Counted from the stretch's first letter, positions 10,631-21,104 are shown. The stretch is 64,000 nucleotides of DNA from Macrostomum lignano (GCA_002269645.1 NIVC01000249.1:310001-374000); one strand, 5' to 3'. Program-made: numbers and translations. The notes: generated from the letters alone by a model not told the origin.

Positions 10631-11037
10631 CCGGGTTGACTCGACTCGATCTTCGATTAAATCCTGATGATACTCCAAAAGCTGATTCAATTCCCATTAA
10701 TGGTATTGATTGGTTAGCATATTATCATGACTTAGCATACAGAGATGCTGACAAGAATTCTCCTGAGGAAGCATTAAGATTAAAGCATGAAGCCGATAGA
10801 AAGATGATTGAAGGATTGGATAACTTACAGGGGTTATCGGTAGGCCAGAGATTAACTAGGTGGATGGTTAAAAAGATCTTGCAATCTAAAGTTAAATTTG
10901 GTTTGGGAATTAATTACAATCAACATGGAAATAATTGTGTTGATTGTCTGTTATTAAGTGGTAGTGGGTTAAGTTCTGATGAGGCAAAGGTTCTTGACAA
11001 GAATACCGAAAGCCTAAATTTTATAGAAAAATCATGA
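10631..11037 (+). pseudogene. Parvovirus-type phospholipase A2 gene, 3' part
   Basis: TRLDLRLNPDDTPKADSIPINGIDWLAYYHDLAYRD: the catalytic D-x-x-A-x-x-HD-x-x-Y motif is intact. Confidence 0.88.
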
Positions 11038-11833
11038 ACTTCAAAAAGAATAAAATTTGGTATGCTGATTTAATGTCAATGCCGAATGATGGAGGATATA
11101 AATATATCTTAACAATACTTGATGGTTTTACTCGATACGCGTGGGCTGTTCCTTTGAAATCCAAAAAGGAGAAGTTGCTTCTGCTTTTAGAAGTCTTGGA
11201 GAAAAAAGTGAAAGGTTGTGTGTTAATGAAGGAAAATAATTTTACAATCCTTATATGTATAAATTATATCATTCTGAAAAAAAGGAAAAGAAAGGAAAAA
11301 GGACGCGAACGGAGAGTATATTAATAAAATTTATTCTACTTATGGAGAAAGCAAAAACGCACTGATTGAAAGATTTAATCGAACTTTGGGGAAGAAATTG
11401 TGGCTTCAATTTAGTATTAATGGTAACCTAAAGTGGGTTAAAATATTACCAGACGTAGTGAAAGATTATAATAATTCATTTCATTTGGCTATCGTTCCTT
11501 CGGAACGCGGACTTCGTACGATAAAGATGACTCCTCAACAAGCTTATAAAAATCCTGAAAATGTTAAAGTTACTTTTGGAGAGTTCGAACGAAGTTCGCG
11601 ACCCTATGGGACGATCGAAAAAAAGAAAAAGAAACCTTTAAGGTTGGTGATTCTGTTTATATATATAAATGGAAAAATAAGTTTGAAAAGGGAAGAAAAG
11701 GATATTGGAAGATAAGTGAGAAATTTACTATCAGTAAAGTTTTAAATACAAATCCTACAACATATATCATTGCTGATAAAGATGGAGAAGAAATATTGGG
11801 GTCGTTTTATGAGAACCAATTAATGGAAGTTTA
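11034..11833 (+). pseudogene. Retroviral-like (rve) integrase of the Polinton, disrupted
   Basis: WYADL...YKYILTILDGFTRYAWAVPLKSK; second catalytic Asp region reads LCVNEGK*FYN; IERFNRTL; KWVKILPDVVKDYNNSFH; C-terminal EKFTISKV...TYII...GSFYENQL; several frameshifts. Confidence 0.9.
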
Positions 11834-11938
11834 ATCTCGTTTTTTATTTCTTCTTGATCTTAAAATTTTTAAATTTTTAATTTCGTTTATTATTTCTTGA
11901 TCTGTTAATAACGTTTTTAGAGGTGTAGAGTACTCGCT

Positions 11939-12607
11939 TTATTTAAGTGTGTCAATGATTATATCATAATCCCAACCGCGTACAAGTTCATATATTTCGT
12001 TACCAATCGTTATCAATAAAAGCATCCGATTTTCATCATAATTCAAAAATCTGCTAATTACTACTTCCATAGGTGTCCTTTTGTCATAGTGGGCAATTAG
12101 GTATGGGTGTTTTTCAAGGTTTTCAATTTCAATTGGATTTAGTGGGTATATTTTTAATCCTCGAATTTCTACATGTTTTATTGTGCCTTTTATTATCATC
12201 TCTTTTATATCAGCCATCTTTTCAAGAAAATGTTGGGTAATTTCAATTTTCTTGTATGTCGGTGATTTGCCAACTTTAATATTTTTTAGTGGTGTGACGT
12301 ATTCTTTATATTTAAGACTACTCAATTTAAACCTGAAACGAATGTGTGGAAATGGATGATAACTACTCAAATATTTAGTAAATTCTATAAAGCTCCGCTG
12401 TTGCTCCTCGTAATCATAAAGTTTTTTCATTTTAGTTTCAAGGTCTTTAATTTCTGTTGATTTTAGTGGATATATTTTTATTCCTTGATACAGTACTTTT
12501 TTTATTAAACAATCAATTATCATCTGTTTAAGATCTTGTATCCTCTGTCCAGTTTCTCTATCCATTTTAAGGATAAATTTTAGATAATTAATTACTTGAG
12601 GCAACAT
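11939..12607 (-). CDS. Viral hypothetical protein, 222 aa, with an internal duplication
   Basis: Intact ORF; DLKQMIIDCLIKKVLYQGIKIYPLKSTEIKDLE vs DIKEMIIKGTIKHVEIRGLKIYPLNPIEIENLE. Confidence 0.65.
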   Translation of the reverse strand: MLPQVINYLKFILKMDRETGQRIQDLKQMIIDCLIKKVLYQGIKIYPLKSTEIKDLETKMKKLYDYEEQQRSFIEFTKYLSSYHPFPHIRFRFKLSSLKYKEYVTPLKNIKVGKSPTYKKIEITQHFLEKMADIKEMIIKGTIKHVEIRGLKIYPLNPIEIENLEKHPYLIAHYDKRTPMEVVISRFLNYDENRMLLLITIGNEIYELVRGWDYDIIIDTLK

Positions 12608-12612
12608 GGTAG

Positions 12613-12785
12613 TGTAGTGAAACTACAACTTAACTTAGATTTGAATTGCATATATTTTATGAGTTAAAGACGAGAGGGCTTGGGGCGAGAAACTTAACAG
12701 CGAGAAAGAACTGTAAAAGGAAATTAGTCTATGGTAATTTATGACAAACTGAGTTGCAAATAAAAAGTACAACAAAATACCCATA
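12613..12785 (-). repeat. 3' LTR (173 bp)
   Basis: Matches 17159..17332 with 3 differences (one A indel, two substitutions). Confidence 0.93.
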
Positions 12786-12978
12786 CGACTCCCCCTCCAA
12801 TTGCGGAGCACGGGGAAAAGAGACTGTAACTGAATTATAAAATGGTGGAATTGCTTAAATTATTGAAACAAAGCGGTTATACAGTTGAAATACGAGCTAA
12901 ATGTTATATGAGGGGTTGAACATTGAGAAATATTGAGAACATTGGAACAGCAGTTAGTAGACGTTATACATTACAAGG

Positions 12979-15900
12979 TTAATAATAAATGTAATCATTA
13001 TGGCGTCGGAATTGGACTCGGCGGCCGCTAGAGGTCGCTCTAGGAGGTGATGAGTCCATCGGTTCCTCTGGTTTGGCGGCTTTTTCCGGCAGCGAGTTCG
13101 CGGCCGGCTGAACAGCCGACTTCGGAAGCGAAAGTCGCGCCGGCTTGAGGCGATCGATAGAGACAGATTCGGTGTTGCCTGACGGTAGGAAAATAACGAA
13201 GAACTTTTCAGTTCGCTGTTTCACGCGATACGGCCCTGAGTACGGCGCCTCGAGCGGCGACCGAACGCGATCGACCCGAACCCAGACGAATTCAGCCATT
13301 TCCAGGTCCTTGGGTACGTAGCTCCGTGGTTCGTGCGTCTTCGCGTGTGGACTCGGTAACTCTGTCAGCAGTTCCTGCAGCCGTGTCCGAATGTCCGTTG
13401 GGGCGAGTGGTTCAGAAGTTAGAATGCGCGGAACCATCGGAAGCTCGCCGGTAACCCTGGTGAACGGTGATTTTCCTTGGTCGTCAGGTGCGACGTGCAT
13501 CGCGAGGAGAGCCACAGGTAGGTCTGTCAGCCAGTCATTGCCTCGAGCACGTAGCATCGTCTTCAGGGTGCGATGGGCTCGCTCGACCTTGCCATTGGTT
13601 TGAGGGTGGTAGGCCGTTGTGCGTAATCGATGAAAACCAATTGATGACGAGACCGAGTGAAAGAATTCTGATTCGAACTGGCGCCCCCGATCAGTGATTA
13701 CATACAGTGGCACTCCGTAGCGCGAGACCCAAGATGAGGCGAATGCATGGGCGACTACTTCCGCGGTTATTGATTCCAGTGGTGTAGCTTCTAGCCAGCC
13801 AGTCGAGCGGTCGACCGTCGTGAGAAGGTAGCGGGCAGACTGGTGGCCAAAGGTGGTAGCATTAGCTGGTGGAAGTGGTCCCACAATATCGATGTGTACC
13901 GCCTCAAAGCGATTTGATGGTAATGCGAAGGCCTGTTGCGGGGAGACAGTGTGGCGAGTGACTTTACTCCGTTGGCAGTCCTGGCAGTTCCAGCAGTAGG
14001 TCTTGATGGACTTGCGCATTCCGGGCCAAAAGTAACGTTCTGTGATGAGTTTTGCTGTTTTACGGTAGCCGAAATGACCAAGTCGATGTAAGGTGGCAAT
14101 CACGGCGTCGCGGAGAGACGGCGGAATGATCGGGCGAGGATACGGCGTTGACGTCTCACACCAAACGACGACGTCTTTGTCCAGAGAATACGATCGAATA
14201 TTTGGTGCAGGTGAGAACGACTCCGGTCGTTGTGCTTCAGCGATACTGGGCAGATCAACAGGGAATTGGCTTGATGGGGCAGCGACTACAGCGACTGTTG
14301 CGATGTTGGACACGTGATCATTCACTGGGAAGTCAGGCAGTCGAGAAAGGGCATCAGCTATTACGTTGTCTGCACCGCGAATGTACTGGACATCTGCCAC
14401 GTACTCGGACAAGACGGTCAAGTAGCGCTGATTGCGATCTGACGTAGTGGTGCGATTGGCGTGGAAGGCCTGAGCTAGTGGTTTATGATCGGTGAACAAG
14501 GTCACGCTCAGTCCTTCAATGAGGTTGCGGAAGTGCCACACTGCCAGGTACGCCGCGAGTAGTTCTCGGTCGAACGTGCTGTACATCCTTTGAGATGATA
14601 ACAACTTCTTGCTGAACATGCCAAGAGGTGACGTTCCGGTTGAAGAGGTTTGATGCAGAACGGCACCAACACAGTCGGCTGAGGCATCAGTGTACAGGTG
14701 GTACGCAGTACAGTTAGGGTCCGGGTGATGCAGCAGTAGTCTCTCTGAGAGAGCTTGTTTGATGTTTTCGAAAGATTTCTGATGCTGCTCTGTCCATTGG
14801 AAGTTTCCTGCTGACTGTAGTGATGCAGTGAGTAGGTCTCGCAGCGAAAAGATGCGGTCGGCAAAGTTGGGAACGAATCGACGGTAGAAACCGACGACAC
14901 CGAGGAAGCGCCGAAGTGCGTTCGAATCCGTGGGTGTCGGCCAGTCAGTGATTATTTGGATCTTCTTCTGAAGAGGCTTTATTCCTTCAGGAGTCACGCG
15001 ATGGCCAAGGAAATCTACCTCGGACTGAAAGAATTCGCACTTCTTCAAATGAACCTGTAGGCCGTGTGTTCTTAGGCGGTCCAAAACTTGTTCCAAATGC
15101 GAGTAGTGGTCCTCACGAGTCTTTGAGAATATCAGGACATCATCGATGTAAGAGATGACGAATGACAGTCCGTGAAAAACAGAGTCGATGAAGCGTTGAA
15201 ATGTTTGTGCTGCATTCCTCAGGCCGAAGGGCATGCGTGTGTACTCGAACAATCCAAACGGTGTAGTGATAGCGGTTTTGCAAATATCCTCTTCGGCGAC
15301 TGGAATTTGATGAAAGACGCGAACAAGGTCTAACTTTGAAAACACAGTGCTTCCGTGTAGGTACCGGGTGAATGTTTGAATGTGTGGAACCGGATAGTTG
15401 TCCGGCTTTGTTCGTTTGTTCAATTCGCGATAGTCACCGCACGGACGCCAGCCAGCTCCCTTGGGTGCCATGTGGAGGGGTGACGCCCAAGCGCTTGAGG
15501 AAGGTCTGAGGTAGCCAGCATCGATTAGCTGCTGAAACTCCTGCTTTGCAGCCTGTAGTTTTGCAGGGTGCAGTTGCCGGGGTCGCAAGTGAACCGGTTG
15601 TCCACTGCCAGTGTCTAGCCGGAGAACAGTGTCATGCTTGACCTCTGAAGCTGGCGGAAGGGCTCCGCCTTCAACGAAAGAAAAACAATCTGCAAACTTT
15701 GTCAACAGCGTACTCGTCCGAGAATCCAGGTTGGGTGGCAGTGGCAGTTCTACCGACACAGTGAACGGGCCACAATGAACATTTGAAATTGACAAGGTAA
15801 CAGTAGACAGTCCTCTTTCTGAGTCTCGAACGTGTTTGCGCTGACAATCGACAACTAACCCATGGTGAGCCAAGAAATCGTAACCAATGATGGGTTTCAC

Positions 15901-16164
15901 CACTGACGCCACGAGGAAGGTCCACTGGAAGGCGCGACGCAAACCGCGGGTTGAGACATCCAGTAGGACCGACCCGGGAACTGGTATGGCGGCTCCGGTA
16001 GCAGTAAATAAACGAACGTTTGTATCTTGAACGAGTGCGTTAACGAGGCGAGGTGGAACAATGGAAACCGAGGCTCCGGTATCCACAAGAAACTTGCTGT
16101 AGGTATTGTTGATTTTAACATCTAACTCCAAACAGGTGGTCGATGGTATCTCGGCACTGCGCAC
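12979..16164 (-). CDS. pol: Gypsy pol polyprotein (PR-RT-RNase H-IN)
   Basis: [10 protein letters not shown] (protease), [14 protein letters not shown] and YIDDVLIFS (RT), LYTDAS...DRELLAAY (RNase H), H..GH...[26 protein letters not shown] and GPY (integrase). Confidence 0.97.
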   Translation of the reverse strand: MRSAEIPSTTCLELDVKINNTYSKFLVDTGASVSIVPPRLVNALVQDTNVRLFTATGAAIPVPGSVLLDVSTRGLRRAFQWTFLVASVVKPIIGYDFLAHHGLVVDCQRKHVRDSERGLSTVTLSISNVHCGPFTVSVELPLPPNLDSRTSTLLTKFADCFSFVEGGALPPASEVKHDTVLRLDTGSGQPVHLRPRQLHPAKLQAAKQEFQQLIDAGYLRPSSSAWASPLHMAPKGAGWRPCGDYRELNKRTKPDNYPVPHIQTFTRYLHGSTVFSKLDLVRVFHQIPVAEEDICKTAITTPFGLFEYTRMPFGLRNAAQTFQRFIDSVFHGLSFVISYIDDVLIFSKTREDHYSHLEQVLDRLRTHGLQVHLKKCEFFQSEVDFLGHRVTPEGIKPLQKKIQIITDWPTPTDSNALRRFLGVVGFYRRFVPNFADRIFSLRDLLTASLQSAGNFQWTEQHQKSFENIKQALSERLLLHHPDPNCTAYHLYTDASADCVGAVLHQTSSTGTSPLGMFSKKLLSSQRMYSTFDRELLAAYLAVWHFRNLIEGLSVTLFTDHKPLAQAFHANRTTTSDRNQRYLTVLSEYVADVQYIRGADNVIADALSRLPDFPVNDHVSNIATVAVVAAPSSQFPVDLPSIAEAQRPESFSPAPNIRSYSLDKDVVVWCETSTPYPRPIIPPSLRDAVIATLHRLGHFGYRKTAKLITERYFWPGMRKSIKTYCWNCQDCQRSKVTRHTVSPQQAFALPSNRFEAVHIDIVGPLPPANATTFGHQSARYLLTTVDRSTGWLEATPLESITAEVVAHAFASSWVSRYGVPLYVITDRGRQFESEFFHSVSSSIGFHRLRTTAYHPQTNGKVERAHRTLKTMLRARGNDWLTDLPVALLAMHVAPDDQGKSPFTRVTGELPMVPRILTSEPLAPTDIRTRLQELLTELPSPHAKTHEPRSYVPKDLEMAEFVWVRVDRVRSPLEAPYSGPYRVKQRTEKFFVIFLPSGNTESVSIDRLKPARLSLPKSAVQPAANSLPEKAAKPEEPMDSSPPRATSSGRRVQFRRHNDYIYY

Positions 16165-16187
16165 CGCGACCTCGGTCGCAGTGCGAC

Positions 16188-17093
16188 TTAGTTTTCCGGC
16201 TGTCGAGAAGGTGATGATGAACGCGACTGAGATTGCGTTTTTTCATTGGGATGCAGCACTCGGATCGGACGCGAGCTGTCCTTGGGAAACTGGCACCACA
16301 GGCGACACGACCGAGCACGGCGGCCATAGTAGAGGTGTGAGCGGCAAACGACGGGGCGTTGGCCAGGCTTAAATGGGTCTGTTCCAGTGGGCTTACCAGG
16401 TGCTTGTCGGTGTGGAGCTTGCTCAAAGCGCTGTTGGGGTGTCCGATCTGCACCGGCCTGCTGAATTGGGCAAACTGTCGCTGGCGATGGAGAGCTAAGG
16501 CCTCTGACGACCAACATCGAGTCAGCAATCTCGGAAATTTGCTGGGATGACTGCTGTTGGAATCCCGACAGTGCGATACGAAGGTCCTGTGGAAGACAGC
16601 GCATCAGAGTGGCCTTGAGGAGTTCCTCGTCGGGCTGTATCTGGCACTGCTCCATCTTGCTCCGGAGTTTGCGCATGAAGATTGATGGCTTGTCTCCTCC
16701 GAGGTCCGAGACTTGCAATACTTCCGAAACCTTCTCCTGCTTGGACTTTTGCAGAGTCGATGTAATCGCTGTTTTCAGTTGTTCATACTGTTTTGGAGTC
16801 TGAGCGGACAAGTGCAGAGCCGCGATATCCTCCGGTAGATGAGAGACTAGGTGGTAAAATTTGGCGGTCTCGTTGGTCACCCTGTTGAGCATAAACTGGG
16901 CCTCCAGCGTGAGGAACCATGCTTCCGGGTTGTTGCGATAGAAGATTGGAAGCTTCAGGTGGGCCAGGGAGACTGAAGCGGTGTCGGCGGCGTTTCCTAC
17001 TGCATGTGTAACCACTGGTGCGGCCGAACTTGGTGCGGCTTGCGTGGTTGTAGGTGGTGTCGGAGCGGAATTGTTGCTGGCACTGTGCGTCAT
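16188..17093 (-). CDS. gag: Gypsy gag
   Basis: [22 protein letters not shown]...[10 protein letters not shown] gag N-terminus; C-terminal CRSHLYYG...C...C knuckle-like segment; lies upstream of pol. Confidence 0.9.
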   Translation of the reverse strand: MTHSASNNSAPTPPTTTQAAPSSAAPVVTHAVGNAADTASVSLAHLKLPIFYRNNPEAWFLTLEAQFMLNRVTNETAKFYHLVSHLPEDIAALHLSAQTPKQYEQLKTAITSTLQKSKQEKVSEVLQVSDLGGDKPSIFMRKLRSKMEQCQIQPDEELLKATLMRCLPQDLRIALSGFQQQSSQQISEIADSMLVVRGLSSPSPATVCPIQQAGADRTPQQRFEQAPHRQAPGKPTGTDPFKPGQRPVVCRSHLYYGRRARSCRLWCQFPKDSSRPIRVLHPNEKTQSQSRSSSPSRQPEN

Positions 17094-17158
17094 TGGATTT
17101 GTCTTCTGTGAGTATTGAGTATGCGAGTAATATCTTTCGCCGCCTCACCGGACCAATT

Positions 17159-17332
17159 TGTAGTGAAACTACAACTTAACTTAGATTTGAATTGCAATAT
17201 ATTTTATGAGTTAAAGACGAGAGGGCTTGGGGCGAGAAACTTAACAGCGAGAAAGAACTGTAAAAGGAAATTAGTCTATGGTAATTTATGACAAACTGAG
17301 TTGCGAATAAAAAGTACAACAAAATACCGATA
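17159..17332 (-). repeat. 5' LTR (174 bp)
   Basis: Direct repeat of 12613..12785, followed by the TSD GTAG. Confidence 0.93.
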
Positions 17333-17687
17333 GTAGTAAATTTTTTATAACAAATAAAAACAATTTATAACTATTATTGTTACTAGTAAAAATATTGAAA
17401 TTTGTTCAACCGTTATCAAACTTAAATTTACATTAAGTTCATTGACCGGTACGTTTCCAATGTAGAAATAATTTACCTTCATTTTTTAAATATATTTTTT
17501 TACAATAAATGTCGTTTCTGTTAAAGAGTAATAAATCTTTTTTTACATAAAAAATTCAATTTCATTATCCGAATCGCTAGTTTCGTATGAACTATTTGTG
17601 GACTCAGAATCAGTTGAACGAACCTCCTAGTCGTCTGAATTTGAATAATCTCCAAGTTAAAATATTAACTCACCCTCTTGTTCTAGA

Positions 17688-17852
17688 TCATACATCCAAC
17701 TCTAGGGGATAAAGTTTTAGTTCTGTTTTGTCATCGTATTTTAAATAAACTTCACCAATTATTCCATTTAAAATATGCTGTTTTATAATCTCTGAATTTT
17801 TAGCAACAGTCTCAAAAGTATCACTAACAGAAAAGGTGTAAACTCGGTTCAT
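17688..17852 (-). pseudogene. Degenerate viral ORF (MNRVYTFSVSDTFETVAKNSEIIKQHILNG...)
   Basis: AT-rich short ORF just inside the right terminus; the downstream sequence is full of stops. Confidence 0.3.
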
Positions 17853-17907
17853 TTTAAGTAACAGAAAAAGACCCTTCGCGCCTGCGGCGCGGCCTGGGGT
17901 TAAATGT

Positions 17908-18204
17908 AGTAGTAGGTAAAAGTACGCTTCTAGACACGGCACCTATCAAACAGGTGATTTGAAGGGCTTGAATGGGGGGACTCGAGGGGATTTTTGGAAG
18001 TGTTGGGGGTGTTTTTGTTTATTAGTAGTGTTGGGGGTGTTTAATTGTGTTGGTTAGTGTTGGTTGGTGTCGGTTGGTGTCGGTGGGTTTCGGTGGGTGT
18101 TTAATTGTGTTTTTTGGTTTCCCCCTCGTGTCCCCCCTCTAGCCCTTCATATCACCTGTTTGATAGGTGCCTCTGGGTCTAGAAGCGTACTTTTACCTAC
18201 TACT
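17908..18204. repeat. Terminal fold-back: ~85-bp inverted arms starting AGTAGTAGGTAAAAGTACGC around a GT-rich spacer
   Basis: 17908-~17990 is the near-perfect reverse complement of ~18119-18204. Confidence 0.9.
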
Positions 18205-18566
18205 GACCCGGGCTTCCGGGCTTCTTGCCGTTTTTCAGTCGAGTGACAGTGGAGACAATTCTGGATTTGCGTTATTTTATTCCTACTGAAATCTATCGCA
18301 GTACACACTCTCCTACTTTTAAGTAGCATTATTGGAACATGACGATGTTGATAATATTGTTATTTCTCTTGCTTGTTTGTACAGTCGAAAGGAAATTGAG
18401 TTAGACGCTATTTTTGTGCAATTTATTGGCAAATAGTTCTTTATTTTCACTCTTGCTATATCTCGTTTATTTATTTGGGTCTCAAGACTTTTCAAGAATA
18501 AGACCTGCAAAACACGCGGGGCTACCTGCCTACATTTTTAACGCTTTCAAATCCTCGGCTGGCTTT

Positions 18567-20262
18567 TTAAGGGAAGCCAGGGATGCTAACGCTGCCGAGG
18601 ACCTTGGACAGCTCGTGACGGATCGGCGACTCGATGGCAGCTACAATGAGGTGCTGGACGGCGTTCACAACGACGTTGGCCACCGGCGTAAGGATCCAGT
18701 CCAGAGGGCCGAGGCCGCTGATGCTGACGGCAACTGGGCTGACCTCGCTGATGGCGAAGTGATCCAGTCTCGGGCTCGAGCCGGCCGCGACGTCGGCGCT
18801 GACGCGGAAGACGACTCGGACGCGGGAGACCAGGAAGGAGATGCCGGCGTTGACGCCGATGCCCATGAACTCGGCGCGGGAGTCGAAGCTTCCACGGATG
18901 TTGTCGATACCAATGACGCAGCCGACGACAACGTTGGTGCCCTGGGCGCCGATGTTGCAGTTTCCGGCCCTGTGGATGGTGGACAGACCGTAGGCCAGAC
19001 CGTTGTACATCCTGGCGCTGCCCCACACGGTGACCAGAAGGATCTTCTTAGAGAAGCTGACCCGCTGCTCTGGAATGCTGATCGGGTCCAGGTTGTTGGC
19101 GTGGATGAGCGGCCTCAGGTTGGCCATCAGCCTATCGACGTAGTTGTTGGCGCTTTCATCGACGGGTCGGAGGCGGTTGCTGCTGTAGGGGAGCATGCCG
19201 CCCAGGATGTCGCGCAGGTCCACCTTGGCAAGCTCGTTGTTGATGACCGTGCGCAGGATGCGGTTGACCTCGGGCAGCAGGTTGCCCTTCAGCCTGTCGT
19301 AGATCAGCTTGCCCATGGCGTTCAGCAGGGTGTTGACCACGCTACCGAGGTTGCCGCCGCCGACGATGCCCTCCAGGTACATCTGCACCTGAGAGAAGGT
19401 CAGGTCGACTTGCAAGTTGTTCAGTTGAACACGGGTGAAGTCCTCGATGGACACGGAAGCCACGAAGCGAATGCTCAGGTCGTTGATTTGGATGGCAGCC
19501 GGACCGCTGCCGTACAGCGGGAAGATCAGAATCTTGCCCTGGTGGTGGGGTTGATGAGTACATGTTTAGTGGCTCGGATGCTTCACGTCCGTCTGTATAC
19601 AGTAAAGAGGCTTTCGATAGATTATGGAATATAATCCTTCTGGTTTAAACTTTTTCTTCTGGTTTATAATTATTCTAGTGCCCCTAAGTACTAAGGACTC
19701 AAGAAGTCTAGTCATTGGAAGGCGCTTCAGAACGGCCCTGCTGTGAGCAAGGAATTTGATTTCCTCAGAAGCAGGCCGACTTGCAGGAGAAACTCTACAG
19801 TCTATAAGCCTACAGTTGAGGGTAAATATTGATTCTCACACGCTTACAACTTTCTCTGTAAGCTTAAAAACAACTCACGTCCAGATTGTAATCGGCTCGG
19901 GCCGCCACCTGCGGGAAGAACAGGTCGAGCTCGATGCTCATGCTGCCAGTGTGGCCCTTGGCATCGCGCACGACAAAGGAGGACAGGCCGTTCATGACGA
20001 AGTTGCGCATGTTGAGCTTGACGTCGGCGACGCCCTCTTTAATCCGGGGGATGTCGATGACCGGCAGAGACAGCGGCTCAAGCGGCGGGATCATCAGCTC
20101 GGGGATTCCGTGCGGCATCGCCTGGCGCAGGTTCTCCAGAGTGGCCTTGATGTAGATGCTGATGGTGTCCAGGTCCGGGTCGGACAGAGGCGTCTCGGCA
20201 GTGCGGCAGCTGACCGCTGCCAGCAGGCAGCAGGCGACGGCGAGGCTCAGTAGTTTTAGCAT
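18567..20262 (-). CDS. Secreted TULIP-superfamily lipid-binding protein: JHBP/takeout-like domain + Grp7-allergen-like domain, 2 exons (20262-19879, 19538-18567), ~451 aa
   Basis: Signal peptide MLKLLSLAVACCLLAAVSC; GIPELMIPPLEPL (takeout-like); ANNYVDRLMANL...LDPISIP...GLSTIHRAG (Grp7-like); phase-0 GTGAGT...CCAG intron keeps the frame. Confidence 0.8.
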
Positions 20263-21104
20263 CTGCGCGGGGACGAGAAATGCACGATGGGCGTCACAGA
20301 ATCGCATTAAAGATTTTACACTATAGGCTGAAAGGTTGATTCGAACCCCAATTCTCTGTAGATCGAGATTCAACTTTACCAAGCGAAGCAGAGAAGCTCG
20401 GGTTACATTTGCAGGATTGATACTACACATTTAAGAGGTGAACACAGGTAGACTTACCTTCGTCAATATAGGTTTAGAACTAATAATTAACTTTTTACTG
20501 AAGTCTCGCCTACACTACTGAGACCTATAGAAGCAGAGCGTTGGTCCGACTCGCGCCTTTTTGTAAGGCGAGAGATGAGACCGCATGGGTCCACGGTGAG
20601 GCGCCCGGCACCTCGGACCACCGCGCCCTCTGCCTGGCACGCGCTGGCCGGCTGTCTTGGGTGAGATACGAATAGGATTGACATGCTACAGGCACTGCAG
20701 TGTGCAGTGGGAACCGCGGCAGAAGCGACTGAAAAGAGACAGAGACAGTTGGACAGGTTGAGAACCCCCTGTGTGCTGTAGTCAGCTGGCGGACCGCAGC
20801 GCAGCGCGGTGTCAAGCGTCCAAAGTGGCCAGATCTTTTTCTGCTTTAAATGATTCAAGATAAAAGTCTAGAGTATTAAAATCTCATGCATGCTACGTTT
20901 ACTAAGATTGGAGTTCTAAAAATGCTTATCCTACAATGAGAATTTTTCTGCTGATGCTATTGTCTATACTCGTATTTGCCTTTGTGTTACTGTAATTTGA
21001 CGTGTGTTTACTTATTTATTTATTACATCAAGACCAACTGACTAGCCATCCCAGTCATGCGATCAGACCCTCATGAACTTTAACCCTAACCAATAACCCT
21101 CCCA

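Larger units (their letters stand above)
12613..17332 (-). mobile_element. Full-length Ty3/Gypsy LTR retrotransposon (CsRN1/Mag-like), nested in the Polinton
   Basis: Two near-identical LTRs, 4-bp TSD GTAG (12609-12612 and 17333-17336), PBS-like TGGTCCGG next to the 5' LTR, PPT GGAGGGGGAG next to the 3' LTR, intact gag and pol. Confidence 0.97.
1..18204. mobile_element. Endogenous Polinton/Maverick (adintovirus-like) dsDNA virus, right-hand part, decayed; left end and pPolB outside the window or lost
   Basis: AT-rich block carrying MCP, penton, A32/FtsK-like ATPase, adenain protease, rve integrase, PLA2 and fibre-like genes; ends in ...CCTACTACT (18204), the reverse complement of the AGTAGT terminus typical of Polintons. 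Confidence 0.92.

Noticed and set aside
18414-19634. 406-aa plus-strand ORF
   Set aside because: Antisense shadow of the GC-rich JHBP/Grp7 exon.
20263-20280. Spliced-leader trans-splice acceptor (pyrimidine tract + CAG directly before the ATG; similar site at ~23191)
   Set aside because: Indistinguishable from an ordinary cis 5'-UTR intron acceptor without transcript data.
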